A stretch of DNA of 64,000 bases from NCBI RefSeq assembly GCF_022539665.2, contig NC_081331.1, positions 4,774,001 to 4,838,000 on the forward strand, given 5' to 3'. The first letter of the stretch is position 1. Every line of letters starts with the position of its first letter. The notes beneath the pieces are model-generated. The model searched no databases. It saw only the letters and a list, made by a program, of their open reading frames with translations, and was not told where the DNA came from. This document shows, one piece after another, positions 51,895-64,000 of this stretch. The stretch comes from Daphnia carinata (lineage: Eukaryota). Both the position numbers and the translations under genes were made by a program.

Positions 51895-54729
51895 GAAATA
51901 GCAAAAAAAAAAAAAAATAAATAAATAAATACCGCTCAATGAATTGAAATAGCTTCTATTTTTTTTTCCCCATGCGGTAAATAACCAACATCCGAAAATA
52001 AAAAATAAAAATTCAAAAAGAAAAGACAAGCAGGAACTAACCAGGTACTTCTTTTTTTTTTTTTTTTTCAAAAAGAAAATGAAAAAAAAAAAAAAAAAAG
52101 GAAAGAAATAAAGAACGGAAGTTTGGATATAGCTTTTTAGCGTTTTTGGTTGTTGTTCATTTTTTTTTTTCTTCTTCTTCTTCAACTTGGGGTATTCGTC
52201 CAGTAGATATTAGACAAAGACCCGGTGCACAAGGAGCCTTTGCGGACGCAGGTGTCGTCGTCGATGGCACCCAGGAGGCACCCAGGGAAAGTGGGCTTAG
52301 TCTTGCAGAACCAACCAACCAAACAAGAAAAATAACAACCGAAGACGAAACAAGAAACAATAAAACACCCTCCCCCCCCCCTGCCTCGTAATTTCAAAAT
52401 TTCGTAGGCCTTCGTCAAGCCTTTATTCTTGCTCCATTCCCGTTTAGTGGATCCCGTTTTTCTCGAAAAAAATTATGCAAGATAAAAAAAAAAAAAAAAA
52501 CGAGAGAAAAAGGCGAAAGAAAACTAAGGTCCTTATCTCGTTTACAGCGAAGACGATTTCAACGAGCAATTGCGTGTTTTCCATCGAAGGCCTACTTTGA
52601 GACGAGAGAAACCTGGCGTGACCGTTTTTCTCAAGCACAATCCTTATATTATCGTGTATAGAAGCTGAGAAACGAAACGGGGGGGGGGGGGGGGGGGAAA
52701 GAGAATGAACGAGAGAAAAAACGACCAGCTCTCTCATAGCCTGCTTATAAGGATATGGCTGATCTCGAACCGTGAAGCTAAACAGTTTATTTATAAGTTA
52801 CAAAAGAGAGAAAAGAATCGAGAAAACGAATAAAAATATAAACATTATATTCAAGTGGCCGGGGCCTGGGGAGGAGATGTGAACGGCATCAACGGCCCGC
52901 AGCCAAACGGGCGAAAAAAACAAACAAAAAAAAAAAAAAAAACCCACACGCAAAGTTTGTCTCTGTGTGTGAGCGCAAGAGAAAAACAAAAGCCGCTTGT
53001 TGGATCCCCCCCCCCCCCCCACCCAAAAGAAAAATAGCATCTCGCTACATGTCGTTCGTGAGGCCCATTATAATGGATGATGATGACGCTGGCCCTCATT
53101 ATCAAGTCAGTTCGACTGCCAACTCAATTCACACTTGGACTCAAACAACGCTCACGGCGCAAGAAACAAAAAATAGAATCAAATCCCGATATCTTTTTAC
53201 ACGCATGCAAATTCGTTCGGTATCCAAAGAATAATAAACTAATATGGGGAGAAAAGAAAAAAAAAAGGGCGCAATTTAGATTGCACATTGTCTACTGCCA
53301 TCAACGAGTTTTGACTACATCGATAGATTTCTCCCATTTTTAGAAAATTGCAGACACAATCAAAACATTCGAGCCAAATAAAATGAAGGCTATATATACG
53401 AAAGGCAATCATGTTGTTGCCCAATACGATGGCTGCCAGAGTTTCTATGCTAATCGCATTAAAGTTAAACAAAAAGAGAAAAAAAAATCATAATAATAAT
53501 AATAATAAAAGAAAAATAACAAAAAAACCTACAGAGTGTACACACAGACACAGACACACAAGGCAAGAAAGACACGGAGGGCGTCGTGCGGTGACTGTGG
53601 GTTCCACTCGACGAATCCCATCTTGAATCACTCTAATCAAGAGCCCATAAAAGACAGCCCCCCGCCTATCCAAACGAAAAGCAAGCAAAAAAAAAAAACA
53701 AAAACAAAAAAAAAAAAAAAAACGCACTGGAAGGAGGGAGGGGAGAGAAAGCTCCGGCAATGTGACTGAACTCAACAAATATTGAAAAATGTCGACATCT
53801 TTCAGATCCGTTCAATTTAAAAATGCGACCCATTTTCCAAGAACAAAAACAAAAACAAACAGAAAAACGGAGTAAGATTTCAATTAAGACATTTAATGAA
53901 TTCAAAAACGCATTCCTTTGTGACGGGAAAATCCCCGCAAATTGAGAAAACAAAAAATCAGCGTGACAAGGGAATTAGAGCTCACGTCGCTATTCATGCG
54001 AAGAGGAATCGAAACATCTTCGATCATCCTGGCATGGCGGAATCTTTCCAGCAAGAAACAAAAGGAGCCAGTTACAAGCCAATGCAATAATTTCATCCCC
54101 CTTTTCGAAAATTAACACAAACGTTACGATCTCGCCAAGTGCGCAGGCATTCTGTCAAAAAAAAAAAATATTTCGAAAAGTGCCATTTTGATGAATGGCT
54201 AATGCCGCATAGTGGCGGACTTTTGTCAACAAGAGTATAAATTCAATTAGAAACAACACAAAGATAATCACACAAGAGAGAAAAATTCCAAAAATCAGAC
54301 AGGACGTAACAAAACGGCCATGGAAAGGGGGGGGGCCAAAGATCAGCCGGCGTAAAGCAAATCGGAATATCACCGGGTCGGTGACATTTCTATACTAATG
54401 CCATCAACCGGAAAGCGGGCCTACATACACACACATACACTATGTATATTTAAATAAAGAGATAAAGCCTATTATATTGACAGGACAGCCCAAAAAAAAA
54501 AAAAAAAAGAAAAACTCCATGTTGAATAGACGAAAACAAGTGGCCTCTCCGGCTATACACACACACACACACACTAAGCCCCTCTTTTATTATGCACAGC
54601 CTCTCTTTCCCGTTGTGCTGTATCGACCGTACAATCGCCATGCATAGGAAGCCACTCCAGCGTGATACTGATAAGCTCCCCGCATCTGAATGGGATATAG
54701 TAATCGTAGTAACAGTAATATACAGTCCC

Positions 54730-54763
<34 letters not shown>

Positions 54764-54849
54764 AAGAGAAAGAAAATAGAGAAAAAAATAGGACCTTGTG
54801 TATATTCGACTTCCACCCCTGCAGCAGCTCAAAAACTCAATGGAACTTG

Positions 54850-54880
<31 letters not shown>

Positions 54881-54901
54881 AGTTCTACACATGCAGTTAT
54901 G

Positions 54902-54939
<38 letters not shown>
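54850..54939. repeat. Compound microsatellite (GA)n - poly-G - spacer - (TG)n
   Basis: Read directly. Confidence 0.85.
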
Positions 54940-54940
<1 letters not shown>

Positions 54941-57900
54941 TATCTCCCGTTTCTATGGCTGGCTAAGCCTGTCGGCACGCGCGCTTACAGTCGGCTGCAA
55001 ACGCCGACTAGGGGGAAATAAATGTAGGCGTTGGAAGAAAGAAAGAAAAAAAAAAGAGGTAAGCTGAGCAGCGATTTTTCTGCAACGTCGATCAACCCTG
55101 CGATGCCTATATGCATAACATATAACCAGATACCTGTACACAGCGTATAGAAATATATATACATCTCATTCTTCTTCTTTTTTTTTTTTCACATCACGTT
55201 CGGCTGCGCTTCTTTTCGTGTTACACAGAAGGAAAAATGAAAAACGAGTTATGTTCTGCCCAGTGAAGTCTGAAAGATTAAACGGCCGTAACGCTAGTTT
55301 ACTTGTTGGGCGCTGACGTCCAACATCATTCTTCATCTGCGCACTAACTTATCATCATAATAAATTAAAAGGATAAAAAAAAAAAAAAAACTTTTACGAG
55401 ATGATTGAGTTACTACTAACCACACAACGTGTTACATTTCTTTTTTTTTTTTAAAGCCTTTAATTTTTGACGCAAAAAAAAAAAAATAAATAAATAAAAG
55501 ATGGCATCCATCGTAATCCGGAACTCGGGTAAAGAGGATGAATAAAAAAAAAAAAGGAGTGGGGGGGTGTGTTTTTAATGAGGGTGGAACGCTTGTTATA
55601 CTCCTCTAGTGTGTGCGCACACAGACACAAGAGGCGTCGCTGACGCACAGATTGGACGCTTGCGTGCGGGATGAATGGATTGCCGCTGAAGGTTTCAGAC
55701 GGACGTAGACAACAATATCGGTGATACATAAAAGAGGAATGCGCGCCCAGCCAAACATTGGCCCGTCACCATACAACACGTTCAAAAAAATAAAAAAAAT
55801 AAAAAAATAAAAAAAATAAAAATAAAAATAGAAGGGCCACCGCTACAACTGTCCATTGTGTCATTTGAGCTATAGCTTTTGTTATTCACGGCCGAGAAAA
55901 CACCCCGCCATTGCACGTCGTGCCATCATTTCCGGCCATCGCTCATACTGGCCGTCGGTGCCAGCCCGTCGATTTCCATATAGCGATTCAAACGAAAACA
56001 ACAAGATTGACTCGGTGCTAGTGTTTCTTTTTTTCTAAAAAAAAAAAAAAATCAGTGACGACACATAGAAAGGGGCAGACAAGGATAACAAACCAGCACC
56101 AAATAAGAAGTTAATGCTCTTTTAAATCAATCATCTCTATAAAGAAAAGATCCACCCGACTCCATCCATCAACAAGCAGAGAGTTATGGGGAGTCATCAA
56201 CGGTCTTCGACACAAGGCAATTCAAACTGTTCTCCGACGTTATTTGTATTCTAATGGGGGTAGCGAGGATGAGAAATAGTTTTCGCCATTATTATTTACA
56301 AGTTCTAACGGAATGAACTAGTCGCATTGTTTTCTTTCCTTCTTTTTACGATGTCAAAAGCAGAACAAATGCACATCCGACTTGCAATTGGGAAAACGAG
56401 AAAAAGAAAGAGAATCCCGAAAAAAAACAAAAAAAACCAAACAAAAAAAAAAATAGCTGAGTTTTAAAGCTAATGTAATTGTAACAAATGGGCCATCAGC
56501 AGGTGCAACACGAAGTCGAGTGCACTCTCTTCGATCGACACGCTCGGCTGCAGTGGCCAACAGTCCAGCCGGAATGCACCGAATGTCCGTTTTTCTTGAA
56601 CCCGATGACTTCACTTCAGTTTACCATCGATTCAATTTTCATTCTTAAATAATCCCCATTTTAAGTTTAAAAAAATACCTTGCCAAAGAACACGCCAATG
56701 TACAACAACAAAATTAGACAAAAGGAACAAAAGTTCCAAAATTGAGCCCAAAAAAATTCAAATCGAATAATGGAATGATCCATTTCGATGTAAAATAAAA
56801 AAGGACAGGCATCAACGAAAAAAAAATAAATAAATAAATCTCCAGCGTTACGAGATTGTAACAGGAGCGGTTCCAGTCGGGATGTCGAATTCATCCACAG
56901 GATTTTATTTTTTGGGGGTGAGCATCAAACAAAAGCCCATCCAACCTCCCGCCATGAACTATTGCGTCGGTCAAGAAATATAAAAAAATCAGACGAGAAG
57001 GGGGTTCTGCTCCAGCACCCACACATTCTACCTTCTTTTTTTTTGTGTGTGTGTGTGTGTATGCTGGGCATTCTATAGAAAGAAAAAAGGCGATGGACGA
57101 ATAATGGCAACACACACAGAAAAAAAAAAAAAAAATCAGATTGAGAATGAATCTTTTGAACAACATCGCTCGGCCGTGGCATATTTTGTTTCTATCCAAA
57201 AAAGAAAAGGGGAGAGAACCATTTTCTTTCTACATTTCTTTCCCATACGCATTAAATAAAAAAAAAAACAAAAAAAGACAAGTAGATGCCAGCAAAAAGA
57301 AAAGGGAAAAAAAAAAGAAAAAAGATGGTGCCCATTATTCCATCGTATCAAAATTCCCGGGCGCTCTTGTGTAAACGGGTGTTAAGAATAGAGCCTTACC
57401 CTTTTTTTTTTTCGTAGCGTAGCTAACACGATGGAATTTAAAAAATAAAATAAAATAAAATAAAACAAAAAAAAAGATTGAAGCCAAACAGAACAAGAGT
57501 TTGGAACGCCCGTTAACCGGGCTAATTTTACGTCATGACGTTGCACCTTTACCTCAGTAAGATCCCTCTGTGTGTACACGGGGGAGGGGGGGAGGGGAGG
57601 GAGATAAAAATCGGATGAAACCTCATTTATTACAAGAGCCATGATATGCACAATTAGATCATGATTCAAAGGGCTTACTGGCGCTAACGTTAGATGTTGC
57701 TTTGAAATGATGATGACAGCCAAGTCGCCCTCAAACAAGTCAAAATGCTTTATCTTTCTTTCACCTCTTCATTGTTGTTATTAACCCCTGCCTTTTTTTT
57801 TCTCGACCCTATAAGAACCACCTGTTGAAACAGACACGACCCTCCTTCACAAATTGGTTTGATGCTCGAGGGGGGGACAAACTCCAAGAAGTCGACCAAG

Positions 57901-58569
57901 AACTAAAAAGCGGTACAACACAAGACGCTACGACGGTAATGTGGCCACAATAAAAACAAAATAATAAAAAGGCCAGGAAAACAAAAAACAAAACACTACC
58001 GATTTTAAACCGGTTAACATCAACAACAAATAAAAAGGTCAAACATTTCTCATTTTGTGTTTTAAAAAAACAAAAAAACAAAGAAGTGACGCATGCCCAA
58101 ACCGCCCCGCTATACGATCCGGTCGCTTGTCTTCATTTTTTTTGCAATTAAAGAGAAGAAAAATGGAAACGCCAGCCGAGCACGTTAACACCATTTTTCT
58201 TCCTTCCTTCTCTCCTTAATTTATTGCACTCGAGATGGTGTCAACAACCATCGAGTGTAATACAAGAAGCGGCAAATCCTAATTAGCGGCTAGCGCCGTA
58301 CAACAAGCGACAAAATAATTTCAAACGCAATGGCGGCTAAAAATGGCCCGCTATTTAAGAATTTTAAGAAAAAAAAAAAAAAAAAAAAAGAAGGAACGAA
58401 AACAAGAGAGATGACTCTTTTCTTCGTCCGCGTCCACCGGAACAGCCTACGAATCAAGCAACGCGGGCGGGCGGATGCCGACCAGTGGTCACTTCCGCGA
58501 ACGTTCTTCATCATCTCAAAGCCGCTACAGACCAACCGCTAAACATTTTCTTTCGATGAGACTCGGCTC

Positions 58570-58600
<31 letters not shown>

Positions 58601-61600
58601 GTTCAAGTTCATTTAAAAAAAAAAAAAACTTGAAACGGATCAACGCATTTTCCCGGAAGAAAAAATAAAAAAAAAATAATAATGAATTGCCTCTCTACTC
58701 TTCTCATCGAATTTGTTTGTGACGTAACCGACAAACCGCACGTCTTACACGGTCGACAAAAGAGGGGAAGAAGAAGAAGAAGAAATGAAAATATAATAGG
58801 ACTTACCCCCACAAAAAAAAAAAAATGGCGATTGTTGGGCCTCCCCATCTCTTTGGCGCTGCAGCGGTGCGGTCTGGATGAATCCGGTAAGGCCAAAAAC
58901 GTAGAGATGAATCACTTTCCATTTTTTTTTTTTTTTTTTTTCTTCGAAAAATGAATTATCACGCGGGTTTGTAATCAGTCAGTCGTCCGGCACGACAACA
59001 CATTGCGCAAGACCGCATGTCCCGTCTGTAATTGAATAGAGAAAAACGACACGTGAGTTAAATTTCATAGCACTGAACACATTAGTGGGGTGGCACGAAT
59101 TACACCATTTAACCTGGACGAGATTCACATCTCGACTGAAGACTTGCACAAATGCTTTGTTCATTACGTGACCTTTAACTTTCGGTCCCTACCCTTTTTT
59201 TTTTTTTTTGGCAGGAGAAAGAACGAGAAAAAGAAAATTCGAAATGGGAATGGGATCATCTTTTGCTACGCTAAATGACAAAAATTCAATAGGAAAGGGT
59301 GTTCAAAAAAGAAATGTCAGGGAACTTAGAGAAACACACATTTTAGATGTCCCTCTCTCCTCTTCCACACCTTTTTTTTTCCTCGTCTGAAACCAAAGAC
59401 AAAATTTTTTAAGGGCAGGAAAAATCACATAGCAGAAAATTCTTTTTTATCGATTAGAAAAAATCGAATTGAGATGATTTTTTTTTCTTTTGGTTTTCAT
59501 TGGCTTTTCTCTCCCCCCCCCCCCTCCCTCCTCAAAAAAAAAAAAAAAAAAAAGCATTTCCCAGCAGTTAAACAGAGGGGGGGAAATAGGTAGGCTCGTG
59601 TAAAGCTAGAAATATTACAGCGATGATGACGAAGGTGGTCATTCCGGATGTTGTGGATACGTGTGTGTCTGTGTCTGTGTGTGTGTGTGTGTATTTGGTA
59701 GCCCAAAGTTACAGGTGTGTGTGTGTGTGTGTAGTCGGACGTGGGTGACTACCTCGTCCTTCCGGTGGCTGGGGCCCTTTTTTTTTTTTTTTTTCGTAAT
59801 AAGGAGAGGATACACATAGATATTTATTTAATACATTTTTCCTCTTTCTGTCTCCTCTTTAAGTTTCTAACGAAAGAAACAAAAGGGAAAAAAAAAAATA
59901 AAATAACTCGAAGAGAAAATGTAGTTTTTAGTTTCTCGATGACGTCCAGACGGCCATTTTTGTTCGTTTTTTTTTTTTCTGGTTTCGCTTGGCAGCCTCT
60001 CTCTACGACTTCCCATTGCCCTGATGCGTTTTCTTGTCTTTTCTCTTTTTTTTTCTTCTTTCTTTTTGTTACTTCCACACTCTTTACAGTTCTCTTAATT
60101 CTCCTCTCGCTGTGCCGTGTGCTGCGCGGAAATAATTTCCCATGGCACACGAACTCGCGTTCGGGAATTTAAGAAATAAAAAAAATGAATTCTTTTCATT
60201 TCTTTTCTATGTCAGGGTACAAAATTAAAGCCCCGAAAGTTTGGCGAACGAAGGCAAAGAAAGACGTGAAGAGCGCGCACGCTCATTTCAGTGTGAACAT
60301 CCGTGGCGAATCATAGCTGTTGAAGTCTTCCAAAACAAAATGTCCTTTTCCTCTCCCTTCTACACATCCTGCCTCTACTCACCCCCTCCCCCCTACACCC
60401 AACCTTTTTAATTCGTTAAATGAATGCGCAAAAAAAAAAAGAAAGCGGACTTGAAGCCGTAGGTTAATATGATTGGTCAACTTGGAAGTTTTGTTTCGCG
60501 CAAATTGAAAATTGAAAGTTTCCCAACGCTTCCTAGTAAATCGTTTTCGGAAACTGGGGGATAAAGGGAAGTGGCTCACTATTTGATGGGTCGGGAGAGG
60601 AAATGGCAATGAAAACGGCCTAGCGGGAAAGGTGTGGACATCGTCTCTGTAGTACCAACTGACCGAGTAAATAAACTTCTTCCCACCTTTTCAAACTAAG
60701 GAACTACCTCATCCCCCGGAATTTTCGTTTCCTTTCCCCAACTCCTGTGGAAAAAAAAACAACAGAAAGAGAGAAAAGTGTGTGTTTTCTTTTTCGGAAG
60801 CGATCGTTTCTGAACGATTTTCTCAACGGAAGAAGTCCGCCCCCCCCCCCCCCCCCCCTTTTAAAAGAGTCAAGGTGGAAAAAAAAAAAAAAAAAAAAAA
60901 AAAGGCTAAGAGGAAACGAGTCTGCGTGGAAGTGGAGAGAAGAAGGGGAAGTTGTTCAGGTGCTGGAAGACGCCGCATGACGCCGTGGAGTCATCCACGG
61001 TGAGGAATTCCCACCCACGCACGCCACTTGTGTTACGGCCGATGCGCTTCTCTTTTCTTTTTTGGCCCGATTTTTTTTTTTTGTTTTGTTTTGTTTCTCT
61101 CGCTCATTCACATACATGCACCTTTTTCGTACACACACCTACACACACACACACACACACACACCTATAGGAACAGGACATCTCTTCCTTCCGTTTCGCA
61201 TCCACAAACACACATCGTCCGACTGACCGCTCGGACCACTTATTTTATTTCTTATTCGTTCCCCTCTCTTTTTATCTTTTATTTTTTTTGAAAAGCTTCT
61301 TCTTCTTCTTTCCATACCAACTGCCTAATTAGTCCGGTGCTTCCCGTGTAATTGAGGGGGGAGGGGGGACCCAGCCCCGGACGCCAACACACCAGACCGG
61401 AACCGGCCAGTCGATACATTCGCCCAATTAACGTCGCAGGGCCCTGCCATTTTTGTTTTGTTTTCGTAAGGGGAATGTCTGTTTTTCTCACTTTTTCTTT
61501 TTTTGAACATTCGAGGTGAGTTTTTAATGTCCAGAAACAAAAAGAGACTCGCAGCAGCTTGCACGATAATTGCAAGCAGGAAGGAAATCTGAGAAGAGGC

Positions 61601-64000
61601 GGAAGGTTCGAAAACTAGTCCAAACGCACAACAACAACAAAAATGGCAGTGGGTGAAAATGAGGTGATCAAATCGTTGACAAACGACGTCGGCATTTGTT
61701 TGTGGAATTGCATAAACGACGATGCGGAACCTTCCTATTTCTAATTCTGTACGATATTCAAATAGTACGTAAACAGCGTCATTGTCAGTTTCCGAGATAC
61801 GCAAAAAATACGATTGAATGCAATACCAAGAATAAATTTTTGTTTTCAAATAGACAATTGAAAGAGAATCAACAATTTGAATTTGGTTTGTTTCGATTGT
61901 TTGCCCCAATCCGAAACCATTCCGTTTCGGTATGAAACTCGAAAGATGGAAACAAACACTTCCAATAATGCCATCGGTTATGGTTTTTTCCTTTTACGTA
62001 CTGAAATACCTTGTCCACCCACACCTTCTCTTGCAGTTGCCATCTTTATTTGGCATCATTTGAACGATTCCATTCAATGGGGAGAAAAACCCAGAAATGA
62101 ATAAAGAAAACGGCCAGTTCATTGTCTGTGAGAACACAACGCCTGAGCTTTTTTTTTTTTGCCATTTTCTAAACAGAAGGGTCCGCGGATGGTAATTACG
62201 TATTTTTTTAAGTGTCTTGTGTAAAACACGTGCAATTGCATCTGTAGCTTTTTGACCCTGCCATTTAAACTGCGTGTGGATCACGATCCATTTTTTTTTT
62301 TTTGTTTCACATTCTTTTTTTTTTCGCTACGAATGTCGTCTGGTCGTTAATCGCCAAACATCGCTTCTCATACCTCAAAAAAAAACAAATGACTCACGAA
62401 ACAAAAAAAAGAAGTGCCGATGTGTTTCACGCCTTTGGTCACAATGCCCGATTATTTTAAGAAAAAGGGTCGCTTAAACAAGAAGGAGATGGAAAAAAAA
62501 AAACACACACACACACTTTTCATTCCTGTCAGCTCTTTTACCTTTTATTTTTTTTTGTCTTCTTCCTATCCGGTTTTCGTCTGCTAATAACTTCTTTATG
62601 GCTAATGTGTGAGAAAGATCTCTTTTCCTGTCGCACACACACGCAGTCTTGACTAAGGAGGGACGCAGAAAGATAGTCATATATCTAAAGAAAAAGGAAA
62701 AAAACTAAAAGTCCGCCATTATGAATATTATTGTCGTTTGCTACGTTTGAAAACAAAAGCTATTTGCATGTCCTCCTCGTCCCACCAAAAAAAGAAGAAG
62801 TCGATATCACACAACGTTTGGAAGGACGAAAATGAACTGATAAACCAAATAGGTAGCCAGTCGTTTCAAAAATATTCATAGCTCTTTTAAAAAAAAAAAA
62901 AGCTTCTAGCGGTCGATAAAAGTCAATGCAAAAAAAAAGGTGAAGTAGACCACCGGGATCACAAGTTAAAATCTCATTGGCACGTCATTCCTTCATCGTT
63001 AGCATCCCTGAAAGTGCAATTCTTTTTTTCTTTTTTTCTTTTATTAGATCATTCAAAATGAAGATGAAGGGAAAAAAAAAAAAGAATATCAATTTGAGAG
63101 ATGCTAATGTGTACAAGGTACGACGTTTGATGGGTCAAACAAAAACTATGTGCGCAGATACGAAACGTAACGCATCCTACGTTTCACCTTTCTGTCAGCG
63201 ACAAGGTGACGTCATAAATTTCGGGAGTCATAAATGTGCGCACGGTATTTCAAAAAAAAAAGGAGTTCAAATAAAAAAAACAAAACATTTCATTTCAAAA
63301 AGAAAAAGATAGGAGACGACAAAGATCATCAATCCTTTTTTTTTTTGTTTTACGTTTCCAGCCTAAGTGAAAAAAAAAAAAAAAACTCGGGCGGGATCAC
63401 GCCGACATCCGACTGGCAATTGGACTCTAATGCGCTGCGTGATTTCCTCCCGCGTAACGTGCACCCCTTTCCACATCCAACAATCAAACGTAACATCCAC
63501 GTTATTTTCATCCCTTTGTTTTATTTTATTTTTTTTTTTCGTCATCATAATCAGTAGAGACATCCTGTGTCGTAAACAAAAACGCAACGACATCAAAACT
63601 TGTTTTTTGTCGCGTGTTCTTTATCCTCTTCTCGATAACTATAATCGCTAACGGGCGGGCGCTGATGATTCGCCACGGGGGTCGCCCGGGTCACGCCGAC
63701 AATAGCATCACGCCCCGAGTTAAATCACGTCAGACGCTGAAAATCACTTGATGTTTTAAAATTATTATTATTTAAAAAAACGGAACCGAAGTAAATCACC
63801 GACCGGAAAGTATTCTTTTAAGAAAAAATGAAATACAATAACGTACAGAATACAAACAACAAGAAAACGCAGGTGGTTGTTTGTATTCTTATTTTCATAA
63901 AAAAAAAAATTTTATGTCAGCCCTCGCCCTAAAAAGAAGGCCAGAACATAATAGAGGAATGACGTCAAACAACGTCAGGGAAGTAAGCTTTGATTCAAAG

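Noticed and set aside
61325..61909. 194-aa minus-strand ORF
   Set aside because: Non-ATG start, no recognisable family motif and no supporting neighbouring exons. A BLASTX hit would change this call.
4400..64000. Hundreds of 60-200 aa poly-K/poly-F/VCVC ORFs; CRISPR, operon or transposase signatures
   Set aside because: The ORFs are translations of A/T homopolymers and microsatellites, often with non-ATG starts. No regularly spaced repeats, terminal inverted repeats, or RT/transposase motifs were seen.

Overview
Eukaryotic, intron-rich, A/T-homopolymer-rich genomic DNA. An arthropod origin, probably a Daphnia-like crustacean, is inferred from the protein sequence and base composition. The only gene I can support is a minus-strand Pax2/5/8 orthologue (Drosophila shaven/D-Pax2 type), whose 3' end runs off the left edge. 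Shared coding exons are 10373-10208 and 8437-8240 (paired domain), 4300-3930 (end of paired domain plus octapeptide YSINGILG), 1646-1558, 1466-1094, 925-821 and 422-<1. All junctions are GT-AG and phase-compatible. Two alternative first coding exons both splice in phase 1 into the paired box: a proximal one (11694-11640, [18 protein letters not shown]) and a distal one (24483-24289, ATG at 24433). The distal exon is probably preceded by two untranslated exons and an Inr/DPE-type promoter at about 28.0-28.6 kb. About 29-64 kb is an apparently gene-free upstream region with microsatellites and scattered candidate transcription-factor site clusters. I found no RNA genes, CRISPR arrays or recognisable mobile elements, and no evidence for a wholly new biological system. 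The interesting signals are isoform architecture and candidate cis-regulation, all identified by eye and needing RNA-seq or comparative confirmation.
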